Source: an uncultured virus (IMG/VR IMGVR_UViG_3300034108_000261)
Taxonomy: Duplodnaviria; Heunggongvirae; Uroviricota; Caudoviricetes
DNA length: 64,000 nt
Virus record (IMG/VR): IMGVR_UViG_3300034108_000261
Direction: 5' to 3' (one strand)
The position numbers were made by a program, and so were the translations under genes. How positions within the stretch are numbered: the first letter of the stretch is position 1; each line of letters opens with the position of its first letter. Of the stretch, positions 37,155 to 46,314 are shown piece by piece. The notes beneath the pieces are model-generated. The model was given only the letters and a program-made list of their open reading frames with translations. It was not told the origin of the DNA and did no database searches.

Positions 37155-38425
37155 TCTCTTACCTCTGGGTCAATAATTGCAGTTAGACTCTCAAAGGTGT
37201 GTTTTCCAAGAAGAAACTTTTCTCTGTGTTGCCAGTTTTTCTTCATCAGTTTTAACATTTCCGGATCCGAATAAATCGGGTTATTGCTTTTGTCCAATTT
37301 ATACGATTTTAATATTGCAATCGTTCTTTCTTTTCCTCTCAAGGAACACTCTTCAAACCGTTTAATGGCATGATCAAGTATTCGGTCAAAAATATGTTGT
37401 GGGTATAACCGAATATCTAGGAATCCTTGTTGAGTCTGTTTGTTAATATGATTGAATAATTTATGTGAGTGAAGTTCTGGATCATACGGTTCATAAAATT
37501 CAAACCACCTATCGATATCCATAAGAACTGGAGCAGACATAACACTAGAAAGACCGAATTGGTTTCTTTCGTTTAGTCTAGAATGGTATTCTTTCCAGTT
37601 GGCAGAAACAGTATCCCATGATGCGCCATCTCTACAAAATTCAAAAGTTTCATGCGTGCCATCTAGGCTTGCCTGTATACTTGGTTGGTAAAATTTTAGA
37701 AGTTCGGGTATTAGTTTCCCCTTCCAGTGAAGGCGAGTCAGATTGCTGTTATAATGAATAAAGATATTATATAAAAATGCAGGATCTTCGGATTGAATTT
37801 CTAATAATTTTTCAACCACTTTCCAATGCACATGCGACATCATTGGTTCGCCGCCAGCCCAATAAATCTTCGTCAATCTTCGCTGGTCTAGACACTCAAT
37901 AATTTCTTGTGCCATAGAATCTTCAAAATCATAATCTATGACGAATTCTTTACCAGTCGCCCACATTTTAGGTCGCTGTCCCCACATATCAGCGAACAGT
38001 GAAGCATGCGTCGAACTGTATATTGGTCCACAACTCAAACACTGCAGATTACAATGTATTGTTCGATAGTCAAAATATGTAGGAAGCACTGAAGCAGAAC
38101 CATCATCATTCGTTTTGCTTATGGTTTCGGCAATTGTTTCTTCTTCACTCTGCTGACCCCTCCAACTCTGTTGGCGTAAAGATTCAATGTTCTGTTCTTC
38201 ATTTTTATAACAGACTGAACAGGCATCAATCTTTTCTCCTGCTATCATCTTTTTTCGAACATCTTTCATTACAGAAGAATTCCAGAAGTCCTTGGTTTCC
38301 GTCTTTTCTTCCGAAACAATGTCATCTGATATACAGCAAAGTTTTCGCTCGTATTGCGATCCGATGTAACTATGATCCCATGGATATTTACAAATACTTT
38401 TATTATTTTCAGTATTGATAGTCAT
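37136..38425 (-). CDS. Radical SAM enzyme with N-terminal twitch/SPASM-like Cys cluster (4 of 5)
   Basis: CNLQCLSC, AGGEPM, YNSNL, SLDG; N-terminal C..PW...CC...C..C. Confidence 0.9.
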   Translation of the reverse strand: MTINTENNKSICKYPWDHSYIGSQYERKLCCISDDIVSEEKTETKDFWNSSVMKDVRKKMIAGEKIDACSVCYKNEEQNIESLRQQSWRGQQSEEETIAETISKTNDDGSASVLPTYFDYRTIHCNLQCLSCGPIYSSTHASLFADMWGQRPKMWATGKEFVIDYDFEDSMAQEIIECLDQRRLTKIYWAGGEPMMSHVHWKVVEKLLEIQSEDPAFLYNIFIHYNSNLTRLHWKGKLIPELLKFYQPSIQASLDGTHETFEFCRDGASWDTVSANWKEYHSRLNERNQFGLSSVMSAPVLMDIDRWFEFYEPYDPELHSHKLFNHINKQTQQGFLDIRLYPQHIFDRILDHAIKRFEECSLRGKERTIAILKSYKLDKSNNPIYSDPEMLKLMKKNWQHREKFLLGKHTFESLTAIIDPEVRDWYLSI

Positions 38426-39602
38426 AATTGAATATATCTTTCCACGGACCCATTTTTCTACTTAGTTGAACAACGTCTAAGTATTTATTGCCTTGTTGCC
38501 AATGCAAATCGTTTTGCGATTCAACACGAAGATAAGATTTCATCGTTTCCGTTAGAATCCAATTTGAGTATGGCGACTCTTCATAGAGTTGCGTTAGATC
38601 TTTCTTGAATTGTTTAGAGGCACAATTTAATGAAAGGTAATCGGGAAAGACAATAAAGTTTTGGTTTATTGTTGTGTGGGGTTTTAATTTGGTCAAAGGG
38701 ACTGCCCACTCATAGAACTCTGGAAGAAATGGTGCATTCAACCATTGTATACTACATGTAATATTTAATGCCGCAATATGTGGATTCTCTAACAATTTTC
38801 TAATATTTTCATTCGACCTATCCCAATCATTCGGATAACGAATAAACTTGTTCTTATCTCCGACTGCATCCATGCTACAACCAAGAGTTACTACCTTAAA
38901 GTGTTTCCAGTAATCGCTAAACGATTCATCATATGTGGTGCAGTTTGTATTATAACTTATGTGAATATTTTTAGCGACATCCCACTCAATCAATCTTTCG
39001 AGCAATTTCCAATGCATTGGCATAATGAACGGTTCGCCGCCATTAATATACAAGTATTTTAGCGAATCTTTGTGTTCGTATAACTGATCGATAATATCCT
39101 CATTGAACCATTGGAAATTATCAAAGTCAGATACATTTTTTGTCATGAATGGTAGTTGATCAGACCATTCTTTATAGTCAGTAACAAGAGAAGAACTAGA
39201 ATCTGGATAACACATCAAACACTTTAAGTTACAAAGATTACTCAAGCGAATATCCAGAAACTCTAATTGAGGTTTCTCAATATTTTCCCAACGATTATTC
39301 TCCGTTATTCGACGAGACTTCCCACCATGTTGTTCAATTTTATAACACCCCTCGCATGCGGTGGGATATTTGTGATCGAGCATTTCTTCTCGAACTTTAT
39401 TAACAGAATAACTATTAAAAATATCATTTATAGTGTGCGTTTTAAGATTGAGCATTCTTCCATGTTCATCTTTTGCAAACCCACTATCTGGTCCATTCAT
39501 CTTAGAAACGCAACAAATAGAAACGTTTCCGTTTGGATGGAGGTTCATGTGGTTAAACGGTAGGGCACAATACCCATCGTTTCTTAAAGAGTGTTGAACC
39601 AC
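38409..39602 (-). CDS. Radical SAM enzyme with N-terminal twitch/SPASM-like Cys cluster (3 of 5)
   Basis: CNLKCLMC, NGGEPF, YNTN, IRYP..W; N-terminal C.LPF...CC...C..C. Confidence 0.9.
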   Translation of the reverse strand: MVQHSLRNDGYCALPFNHMNLHPNGNVSICCVSKMNGPDSGFAKDEHGRMLNLKTHTINDIFNSYSVNKVREEMLDHKYPTACEGCYKIEQHGGKSRRITENNRWENIEKPQLEFLDIRLSNLCNLKCLMCYPDSSSSLVTDYKEWSDQLPFMTKNVSDFDNFQWFNEDIIDQLYEHKDSLKYLYINGGEPFIMPMHWKLLERLIEWDVAKNIHISYNTNCTTYDESFSDYWKHFKVVTLGCSMDAVGDKNKFIRYPNDWDRSNENIRKLLENPHIAALNITCSIQWLNAPFLPEFYEWAVPLTKLKPHTTINQNFIVFPDYLSLNCASKQFKKDLTQLYEESPYSNWILTETMKSYLRVESQNDLHWQQGNKYLDVVQLSRKMGPWKDIFNYDYQY

Positions 39603-40921
39603 TGTATAAACTCCTCTGGGAATACATCTATTGGTTTATTTCTACGAGCACTATATTGAGAATAGAACTTTTTAAAATCTTTGCGATTCTTCTCAAGATC
39701 AGTATCGTAAGAATGCGGTGTTTCAATAATATTCACATAAGAAATCAATCGTTTAACATCGCTTCTCTCTGTGAATGTAAGATTTGGATTGTTGCAATTA
39801 TCTTCATACCAATCAGAAAGTTGTTGATACGATTTTTGTCTCAGAGCATCAGGCAAAACTGTTAAACTTTGAAATGCGGGAAACCGCAGGAAATTAATAC
39901 TCATACTAATACGATTTCGATATTTCTGTTTCCATATCATAACTTGATTCATGAAATCAGTAATATTGAACAAACACAATGCATTAATCGTCATCATAAC
40001 AACAATGCGCTTGACGTTAGATTCTCCAAGAATCCGCTCAACATTATCACACCAGGATTCATAATCCAACCCATCGCGAATATACTCTGCTTGCGCACCC
40101 GTAGTTTCCATACTTGTGAATATAGTAAGATTATTAATATCGTGCGACCTCTCTATCAGTCTATCGATAATAGATTTCTTTGCACCAAGGTTACTGTTGA
40201 TTCCCAATTCGAATTTGTATTTTTCTTCTGCAAACAGATCGATGAGTTTCCAAACATCTGTACTCATCAGCGGTTCGCCGCCAGTAACTCTTAGCGTACG
40301 AAGTTCCTTGCTTAGTTCTGGCCACCATTCCCAAAATGCCTTGATGTATGGATTTTCTGATTTCTCGTGACAATTATTTGTAGTGCCATCATGCTTGAAT
40401 GCTCCACCACCCGAAGTTTCTAGATCATAATGCCCATGCTTCTTTATATCTCGTTCCCAAGTTGTGCTAAAGTTTGCATTGCAATAACTGCATGCGAAGT
40501 TACATGTTCTATCAAACATAACTTCTAACGTCGGCGGAATAATACGAGCATCTGCTGGTGTATCGAACCAAGATTGCATTTCTTCTGGTGTAAACTGCAA
40601 TGACTTAAAAACACGATCTGAAATATAATCAGAACCCATGCTCTCAATTTTCCAACAGTAATCGCACTCAGAAGGTTTATGTCCCTCTTTCATGAGTTGG
40701 CGCATTTTTATTTTATGGTCAGTATTATGCAGTTTTGCAGGATCTGATAAAATCTGCTCCGGATCTATCTTATGAACAGGAGGAAGATGGCAACTGCTAG
40801 TTTCTCCGCTGTTTAACCACAGAGTACTATTTCCCCATTTCGCACCGCAAAACGATGCAGATTTAGAATTTAGTATACTGTTTCTGAATTGAAGTAATCC
40901 GTCATCCATAATAGTCATCAT
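39584..40921 (-). CDS. Radical SAM enzyme with N-terminal twitch/SPASM-like Cys cluster (2 of 5)
   Basis: CNFACSYC, TGGEPL, INSNL; N-terminal FC.AKW...SCH...ECDYCW. Confidence 0.9.
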   Translation of the reverse strand: MMTIMDDGLLQFRNSILNSKSASFCGAKWGNSTLWLNSGETSSCHLPPVHKIDPEQILSDPAKLHNTDHKIKMRQLMKEGHKPSECDYCWKIESMGSDYISDRVFKSLQFTPEEMQSWFDTPADARIIPPTLEVMFDRTCNFACSYCNANFSTTWERDIKKHGHYDLETSGGGAFKHDGTTNNCHEKSENPYIKAFWEWWPELSKELRTLRVTGGEPLMSTDVWKLIDLFAEEKYKFELGINSNLGAKKSIIDRLIERSHDINNLTIFTSMETTGAQAEYIRDGLDYESWCDNVERILGESNVKRIVVMMTINALCLFNITDFMNQVMIWKQKYRNRISMSINFLRFPAFQSLTVLPDALRQKSYQQLSDWYEDNCNNPNLTFTERSDVKRLISYVNIIETPHSYDTDLEKNRKDFKKFYSQYSARRNKPIDVFPEEFIQWFNTL

Positions 40922-42326
40922 CCATCAAATATGCAAGTTCTGGGAAAGTATCAACGAATGATGTTTTCCTGCGTTTATCTAAACTGCGAGTGTAGTTCCT
41001 GAAGTCTTTATACAAAGACTGTGATTCTTTTGTCGATCTCATGTAGTCGACCAATCGTTTTACTTGGTCAACTTCTTCTAAATAAAATGTTTCTTGAACA
41101 GACTTCTTCGACGTCAATTTATGTTTGTCGATATAATCTATCCACAAATCGCCATACTTCTGCTTATCTTCATCTGACAATAATGTTAAGCACAGCATTC
41201 GAGGCCAGCGAAGATATGACAGGTGAGTTCTTACTCTAAATTCGTGTATCTTACTGTAATATTTCAATCGCATTTCTCTGATATATTCCAAATATTCCAG
41301 AAGAGTTGGTGCGCTTGTCAAGTTTATTGTTGTCATGTAATGCAACCGTGTTGTATTCGGCGTATTATCCAGAACATATTTACAGTTCTTTTTGAACTCA
41401 TCAAATTGCATACCAAATCTAGAATACTCGGCATGTTTACCCGTGCTCTCTAGTGATGTATATACGTCGAACAATTTAATGTTACAAGAGATTCTATTGA
41501 TGTATTCCACCAATTTCTCGACTAATTTATCAGGAACATTGAGATTAGTATTAATCGCGAGTGTTAAATTAGGATTTGGGTTCTCCGCGATATAATCAAG
41601 AACTCGCCAAGTATGTTTACTGAGCAAGGGTTCGCCGCCAGTTATTCTAAACGTATGAAGATTGGGATAGAGGTCAGGCCACCATTCCCAGAAAGCATCA
41701 ATATATGGATTTTGTTCTTTGCGATGAATTGGAAGTTTTCCAACTTCCTTCAACCATCCAAGATCGTGCAATTTGAAATCTTCCAATTCAATTGGACCGT
41801 GCGTTTCAATTTCTTCCTGCCACCTCGAGGAACTTTCTGGACTGCAGTATACACATTTAAAATTGCATGTAGATTCGAATGCAACTTCCAGATATGACGG
41901 ATCGATATTCGCGCCATCGCCAGATTTGACAATTTCATCAATGTGCGGGAGCGCCCACGAATACGTAGATTTGTATATCCGATCACTCATCCAATCTTTG
42001 TTTAGATTCTCAATCTTCCAACAATAATCACATTCTTTAGTTTGCACGCCATTAAGCATGTCAATACGTGCTGCCTTTTTAACAGCAGTATTGTGAATAC
42101 CCCGTGGGTTATCTTTAATATCTTCTAGTGTAATCTTGTGCCGTGAAGGGTGGTGACAACTATGTGTCTCGCCACTATACAAAAGAATGGTTGACTGTTT
42201 CCATTTTGCTGCACAAAAAGATGGACTAACCGAGTTGATTACTTCTCGTTTTTCTTTGAGAAAATTCCAGTATGAATCTACTGAATGGACGTCTAGATTA
42301 TGCTCTTCGTGTGCACCATCACTCAT
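40902..42326 (-). CDS. Radical SAM enzyme with N-terminal twitch/SPASM-like Cys cluster (1 of 5)
   Basis: CNFKCVYC, TGGEPL, INTNL; N-terminal FC.AKW...SCHH...ECDYCW. Confidence 0.9.
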   Translation of the reverse strand: MSDGAHEEHNLDVHSVDSYWNFLKEKREVINSVSPSFCAAKWKQSTILLYSGETHSCHHPSRHKITLEDIKDNPRGIHNTAVKKAARIDMLNGVQTKECDYCWKIENLNKDWMSDRIYKSTYSWALPHIDEIVKSGDGANIDPSYLEVAFESTCNFKCVYCSPESSSRWQEEIETHGPIELEDFKLHDLGWLKEVGKLPIHRKEQNPYIDAFWEWWPDLYPNLHTFRITGGEPLLSKHTWRVLDYIAENPNPNLTLAINTNLNVPDKLVEKLVEYINRISCNIKLFDVYTSLESTGKHAEYSRFGMQFDEFKKNCKYVLDNTPNTTRLHYMTTINLTSAPTLLEYLEYIREMRLKYYSKIHEFRVRTHLSYLRWPRMLCLTLLSDEDKQKYGDLWIDYIDKHKLTSKKSVQETFYLEEVDQVKRLVDYMRSTKESQSLYKDFRNYTRSLDKRRKTSFVDTFPELAYLMDDDYYG

Positions 42327-42907
42327 TTTTTATAACCCACTGCCATGTATCTATAGAAATGTCCACACTTCAACATACCTGCATATTGTGGATCTTTAAT
42401 GTTGTTGATTTTTAAGAATTCCTCTAGACTATTAGCAAGACGAACATGCTCAGGATTTTCTAGATTATTTCCTTGGACGATATATTTAGTCGTGCTAGGA
42501 ATAGAGTCCCACCAAGCATCGTAAACTTCTTGCGTAACATGCTCGCTGCTGGTATTGATCACCAGATCGGGATGTATGTTGATTGGCATACCATTTTTCA
42601 TGTCATGTTGACGAAAGACAATATCGTGATAACACTCGTCGATAGCAGCGAATACATGCCTACAACTAGAATCTAAATCTGTGGTTAGAATTCGGGCATC
42701 TGGAAATTTATGTGCAATAAACTGTGCAAGAACTCCATACCATCCACCGAAAATTACGATAGATCGATCCATTGGAGTTACGTGTTCAAGCAACCATTTC
42801 TTACTTTCGATCTGACTCGGCCAAAAGTTTTCCGAGAAACGATATGCATTATCTGGATTATTACGGATATATTGCATCCATAACATTACAACATCAAAAT
42901 TAACCAC
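42323..42907 (-). CDS. Class I SAM-dependent methyltransferase-like protein
   Basis: SK.WL, IFGGWYG (motif I), D.D, INTS.EH, Q.NN motifs. Confidence 0.75.
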   Translation of the reverse strand: MVNFDVVMLWMQYIRNNPDNAYRFSENFWPSQIESKKWLLEHVTPMDRSIVIFGGWYGVLAQFIAHKFPDARILTTDLDSSCRHVFAAIDECYHDIVFRQHDMKNGMPINIHPDLVINTSSEHVTQEVYDAWWDSIPSTTKYIVQGNNLENPEHVRLANSLEEFLKINNIKDPQYAGMLKCGHFYRYMAVGYKK

Positions 42908-43301
42908 GGCGCATCCTCGCTACTTCAATTGCTTGTTCGTCATTCATAATAGGGACCGCATTGGACTTATGCATAGTCGCGATACCTTTAATCAATGTTC
43001 CAGTATATGTATTCTCTTTGCGAGCGAAGGTTACGCCAATACCATCACCAGAAGGATAAAGTTCGCGATGATTGGAAACATAACGCTCTGGCATCGGAGT
43101 GCCACGAAGTTTAGGTTTAAAGTTACCTTGACGATACTGAACATATTCGTCAAATGTTTTGGTCGCCGTGCCAAGACGCTTCATCTGCTTATTGTGATCG
43201 ACCCAATCCTGGGCATACTTAGCAGTCACACCCTTGTTTGAAGTTTTGCGCTTGCGAGTGCTAGTGGTAGTGAAGGCATGTGACATAAGTTGCATAGACA
43301 T
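42900..43301 (-). CDS. Conserved phage hypothetical protein
   Basis: C-terminal YTG....GIATMHKSNAVPI......A.MRR motif common in T4-like phages. Confidence 0.75.
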   Translation of the reverse strand: MSMQLMSHAFTTTSTRKRKTSNKGVTAKYAQDWVDHNKQMKRLGTATKTFDEYVQYRQGNFKPKLRGTPMPERYVSNHRELYPSGDGIGVTFARKENTYTGTLIKGIATMHKSNAVPIMNDEQAIEVARMRRG

Positions 43302-43331
43302 AATATAATCCTTTTCATAGACGACATAGTC

Positions 43332-43360
43332 AGTATACCCGTATTCGAGGCAAAAGTCAA
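43332..43360 (-). promoter_or_regulatory. Early-type promoter TTGACT-N17-TATACT
   Basis: Minus strand ttgacttttgcctcgaatacgggtatact. Confidence 0.8.
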
Positions 43361-43394
43361 GGGAAAAAAAGATTTTATTTTAGCAAATGAGGTG

Positions 43395-43423
43395 TTGACT
43401 TTTATCTCAGTTTGGGGTATACT
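43395..43423 (+). promoter_or_regulatory. Early-type promoter TTGACT-N17-TATACT (divergent from 43332-43360)
   Basis: ttgacttttatctcagtttggggtatact. Confidence 0.8.
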
Positions 43424-43450
43424 GGTAATACTAAGAAAAGGAAACGTAAA

Positions 43451-43633
43451 ATGAAAACAGCAATCATAAATCAGATTTTAGAACTCAAGACCGCAGCAAT
43501 CAACGCAAATTTCGATTTTCCAACCGAAGACATAGAAAATAGTAACGGAACTTTAGAAGAATTCAAAGCATTTTTACAAGAACTCAAAGATTATTTAGAA
43601 GAAGATAGACAATTTTACGAAAACCTAAAATAA
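43451..43633 (+). CDS. Small acidic hypothetical protein
   Basis: ATG 43451 after an AAGGA RBS (MKTAIINQ...). The ORF-track start at 43412 lies inside the promoter. Confidence 0.65.
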   Translation: MKTAIINQILELKTAAINANFDFPTEDIENSNGTLEEFKAFLQELKDYLEEDRQFYENLK

Positions 43634-43637
43634 AGGC

Positions 43638-43666
43638 TTGACTTTTCCCTAGAAATAGGGTATATT
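43638..43666 (+). promoter_or_regulatory. Early-type promoter TTGACT-N17-TATATT
   Basis: ttgacttttccctagaaatagggtatatt. Confidence 0.75.
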
Positions 43667-43687
43667 GGTAATAATAAGGAGATTGTT

Positions 43688-43912
43688 ATGAATGATTTTG
43701 AAATTTCTACTGAAGCAGAAACACTGTTGACTACGCTCGGTTATGAGTGGGATGGTTGGGGTTATATTGCAGAGGATTTCCTCGAAATTAACTTCGAATT
43801 GGAAGCGAATGGTGTTCCAAGTTATCAGTCGTTCGAAGATTTTCTTCGTCGTAAATTAGAATGGAAGCAGTCGCTGAAGAGCGATATGATAGATGAAAGG
43901 ATTACAGCATAA
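43688..43912 (+). CDS. Small acidic hypothetical protein
   Basis: TAAGGAG RBS, 74 aa. Confidence 0.75.
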   Translation: MNDFEISTEAETLLTTLGYEWDGWGYIAEDFLEINFELEANGVPSYQSFEDFLRRKLEWKQSLKSDMIDERITA

Positions 43913-44130
43913 TGCCATACGTTACTACAGAAGTCCATATCGAACTTGATGAGTTTGACGACCGCGAACTAATTGAAGAACTCACAGATCGAGGTTACTA
44001 CGTTAGTAAAGGAACCCAAGATTGTAGAACTCCGCTCGAAAGTCTTTACGATGCATGGGTCTACAAGACTGGCAATTTTGAAGATCTATTTCGGCAATTT
44101 TGCCAACAATCAATTGGGAGAAGTTTTTAA
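43912..44130 (+). CDS. Small hypothetical protein
   Basis: TAATG overlap with the previous gene; ELDEFDD.ELIEEL..RG motif seen in phage early proteins. Confidence 0.7.
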   Translation: MPYVTTEVHIELDEFDDRELIEELTDRGYYVSKGTQDCRTPLESLYDAWVYKTGNFEDLFRQFCQQSIGRSF

Positions 44131-44300
44131 TGTCTACATCTATTCACGATCAGGAACTCGATGAGCACTTCGGTCGAGTTGAAAGCGAACTCAACACACA
44201 AGAAGTAACAGAAACTCCTGTTGTGTTTTTCCGATTCAACGAAGACAAGGACAATCCACTACTTACTTGGACGTGGCACGGTAAACCCCATCGAAGTTAG
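44130..44300 (+). CDS. Small hypothetical protein
   Basis: TAATG overlap (MSTSIHDQELD...); its 3' end overlaps the convergent cyclase gene. Confidence 0.5.
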   Translation: MSTSIHDQELDEHFGRVESELNTQEVTETPVVFFRFNEDKDNPLLTWTWHGKPHRS

Positions 44301-46314
44301 CAGGAGGTTCGCCCTCCATGCGCTCGAGCATCATGTCATAGTAATTTACCAACTCTCCTTGCCAGCACTTCTTTAAGTCGCTGGCAAACTTTTTAGCAAC
44401 TTCCCATTTACCTTCGCGATACAGTTGCAAGAACTTATCATGTTGGAGATGCCCTGCTGCATCAAAGAACGGAAATGCCGTATATATTCTGGCAGGTTCT
44501 GTCTTACCTTTAACTGCGATCAGGTCAAGTTCTACTACTTGGTATACATCCCCAACCAATTCGGCAGTTTGCGGTCCGAGGACGAGTTTGACGCCATAAG
44601 GTTTGGACTGACCTTCGAGGCGAGCAGCCAAATTAACCCCATCGCCCAAGCAAGTATAATCAAAACGCTGGTCGCTGCCCATATTACCAACAACCACAGT
44701 GGCAGTGTTAATGCCAAGACCCATACCGAAAGCGGGAATGCCTTCGCTTTTAACTTCTTCATTGAAAGTCTCCAAATCTTTGAGCATTTGAAAGGCAGTT
44801 TGAACCGCATCTAAAGCATGTTTGTTATTATCTAACGGTGCATTCCAGAATGCCATCTGAGCATCACCAATATACTTATCTAGTGTACCCTTGTTCTCAA
44901 GGATTGCTCTTGTCATCACTGTCATATAGCGGTTCATAATCTTAGTAAGACCTTGAACATCTTCGCCATAGTGTTCGGAGATTGTAGTAAAACCGCGAAC
45001 GTCTGTGAACATGATCGACAGTTCTCGAGAGTCACCACCAAGTGTCAGAAGTTCTGGTTGTCTTTGTAACTGAGCAACGAGATCTGGTGACAGATAGGTT
45101 CCGAACTGTTTCTTAATTTGCTGCTTCTGTAGATATTCAGAAATATACTTTGCAGTAAAGATGTGAATATAGATAAGAGCAATAGCAAATATGTTAAATG
45201 TTACATCGAACAGAATACCTTTGCTTGCGAACAGATACACAGGCAGATAGAAATATCCACCGAGAATCGCAGCAATATAAATTATAGAGAATTTAAAACG
45301 AGAAAGAATGATCAATGCCAGAGCAAGACAAAGAAAAGCAGCAAGATCCGCAAGTTGACTCCAAACAGGAATCGACACAGAGTCTCCATTTATCAGAGTT
45401 TCAAGAATACTCGCCTGAAGGACGTGGGGATGTTGCGCACCTGATGGAGTCGCTACAGGGTTCGCAATTCCAGCAGCAGTTACGCCAAGAATTACAATTT
45501 TCCCATCAAGACGAGGAATATCAGAACCTAATTCAACAGATGGAAATACGTAATTGGGATTGATGAACGTTCTTCCATATTCGTCTGTCTTAATGGTTTC
45601 AAAAGAAGGAATTCGTAATGCCTCAACTCCCGTCTGATTTATCTTCGCTTGATATGACGGATCTCCAGCAGCAACACGCAGCATCTCTAGAGCAAATGCG
45701 GGATAGTATTCGCCAGATGATTGCGCTAGAAGAGGAACTCGCCTTACGACCCCATCTGTTTCGGGTAAAGTCGATGTTATCCCAACACCGACAGCGGCTT
45801 CTTGAAGAACTGAGATATTACTTAGAACGCATGGATATTGAGGAAGAAATTCAGTTGGTTCTCCATCGCCGACTACGGCAACGCCTGTTCTCCGAATTGT
45901 CGCACTTGCCCGTGAACAAGAGTCACTTACCGTCTGACTAAGAACAACTGGATACTGATTTAAGGTATCCGCAAGAACTCGATCAGTCCCCATCCGATCA
46001 GACTCAGGCATAAGTATAGTGCTACCAACAAGAGTAGCCCCTCTGCCATAAATATCGCCAATAATTTTAGCGTGGACTTCGCGAGGGAAAGGCCACTGTC
46101 CATATTTTTCAATTGCTTTCTCCCCAATATTAACAGTTACAATTTGTTCGGATTGTGTCGGCGAACCGAGCATCAAATAATCATAAAACTTCAATCTTGT
46201 GGATTCAACCAAGTATGGGTTTGCTAGTTTTACTGTTAACAATACCGCAAAAGTAATCAGTGCCAACCAAGGCGAGAGTAGAACTTTTTTAGTTTTTTGT
46301 ATAAGAGTATCCAT
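44263..46314 (-). CDS. CHASE2-domain membrane class III adenylate/guanylate cyclase
   Basis: YGQWPFPR, D.DGVVRR.PL (CHASE2), three TM helices, then MFTDVRGFT, DKYIGDA.MAFWNAP, G.GINT...VGNMGS..RFDYT..GD.VNLAARLEG, VKGK. The Lys in DKYIGD indicates ATP specificity. Confidence 0.95.
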   Translation of the reverse strand: MDTLIQKTKKVLLSPWLALITFAVLLTVKLANPYLVESTRLKFYDYLMLGSPTQSEQIVTVNIGEKAIEKYGQWPFPREVHAKIIGDIYGRGATLVGSTILMPESDRMGTDRVLADTLNQYPVVLSQTVSDSCSRASATIRRTGVAVVGDGEPTEFLPQYPCVLSNISVLQEAAVGVGITSTLPETDGVVRRVPLLAQSSGEYYPAFALEMLRVAAGDPSYQAKINQTGVEALRIPSFETIKTDEYGRTFINPNYVFPSVELGSDIPRLDGKIVILGVTAAGIANPVATPSGAQHPHVLQASILETLINGDSVSIPVWSQLADLAAFLCLALALIILSRFKFSIIYIAAILGGYFYLPVYLFASKGILFDVTFNIFAIALIYIHIFTAKYISEYLQKQQIKKQFGTYLSPDLVAQLQRQPELLTLGGDSRELSIMFTDVRGFTTISEHYGEDVQGLTKIMNRYMTVMTRAILENKGTLDKYIGDAQMAFWNAPLDNNKHALDAVQTAFQMLKDLETFNEEVKSEGIPAFGMGLGINTATVVVGNMGSDQRFDYTCLGDGVNLAARLEGQSKPYGVKLVLGPQTAELVGDVYQVVELDLIAVKGKTEPARIYTAFPFFDAAGHLQHDKFLQLYREGKWEVAKKFASDLKKCWQGELVNYYDMMLERMEGEPPANFDGVYRATSK

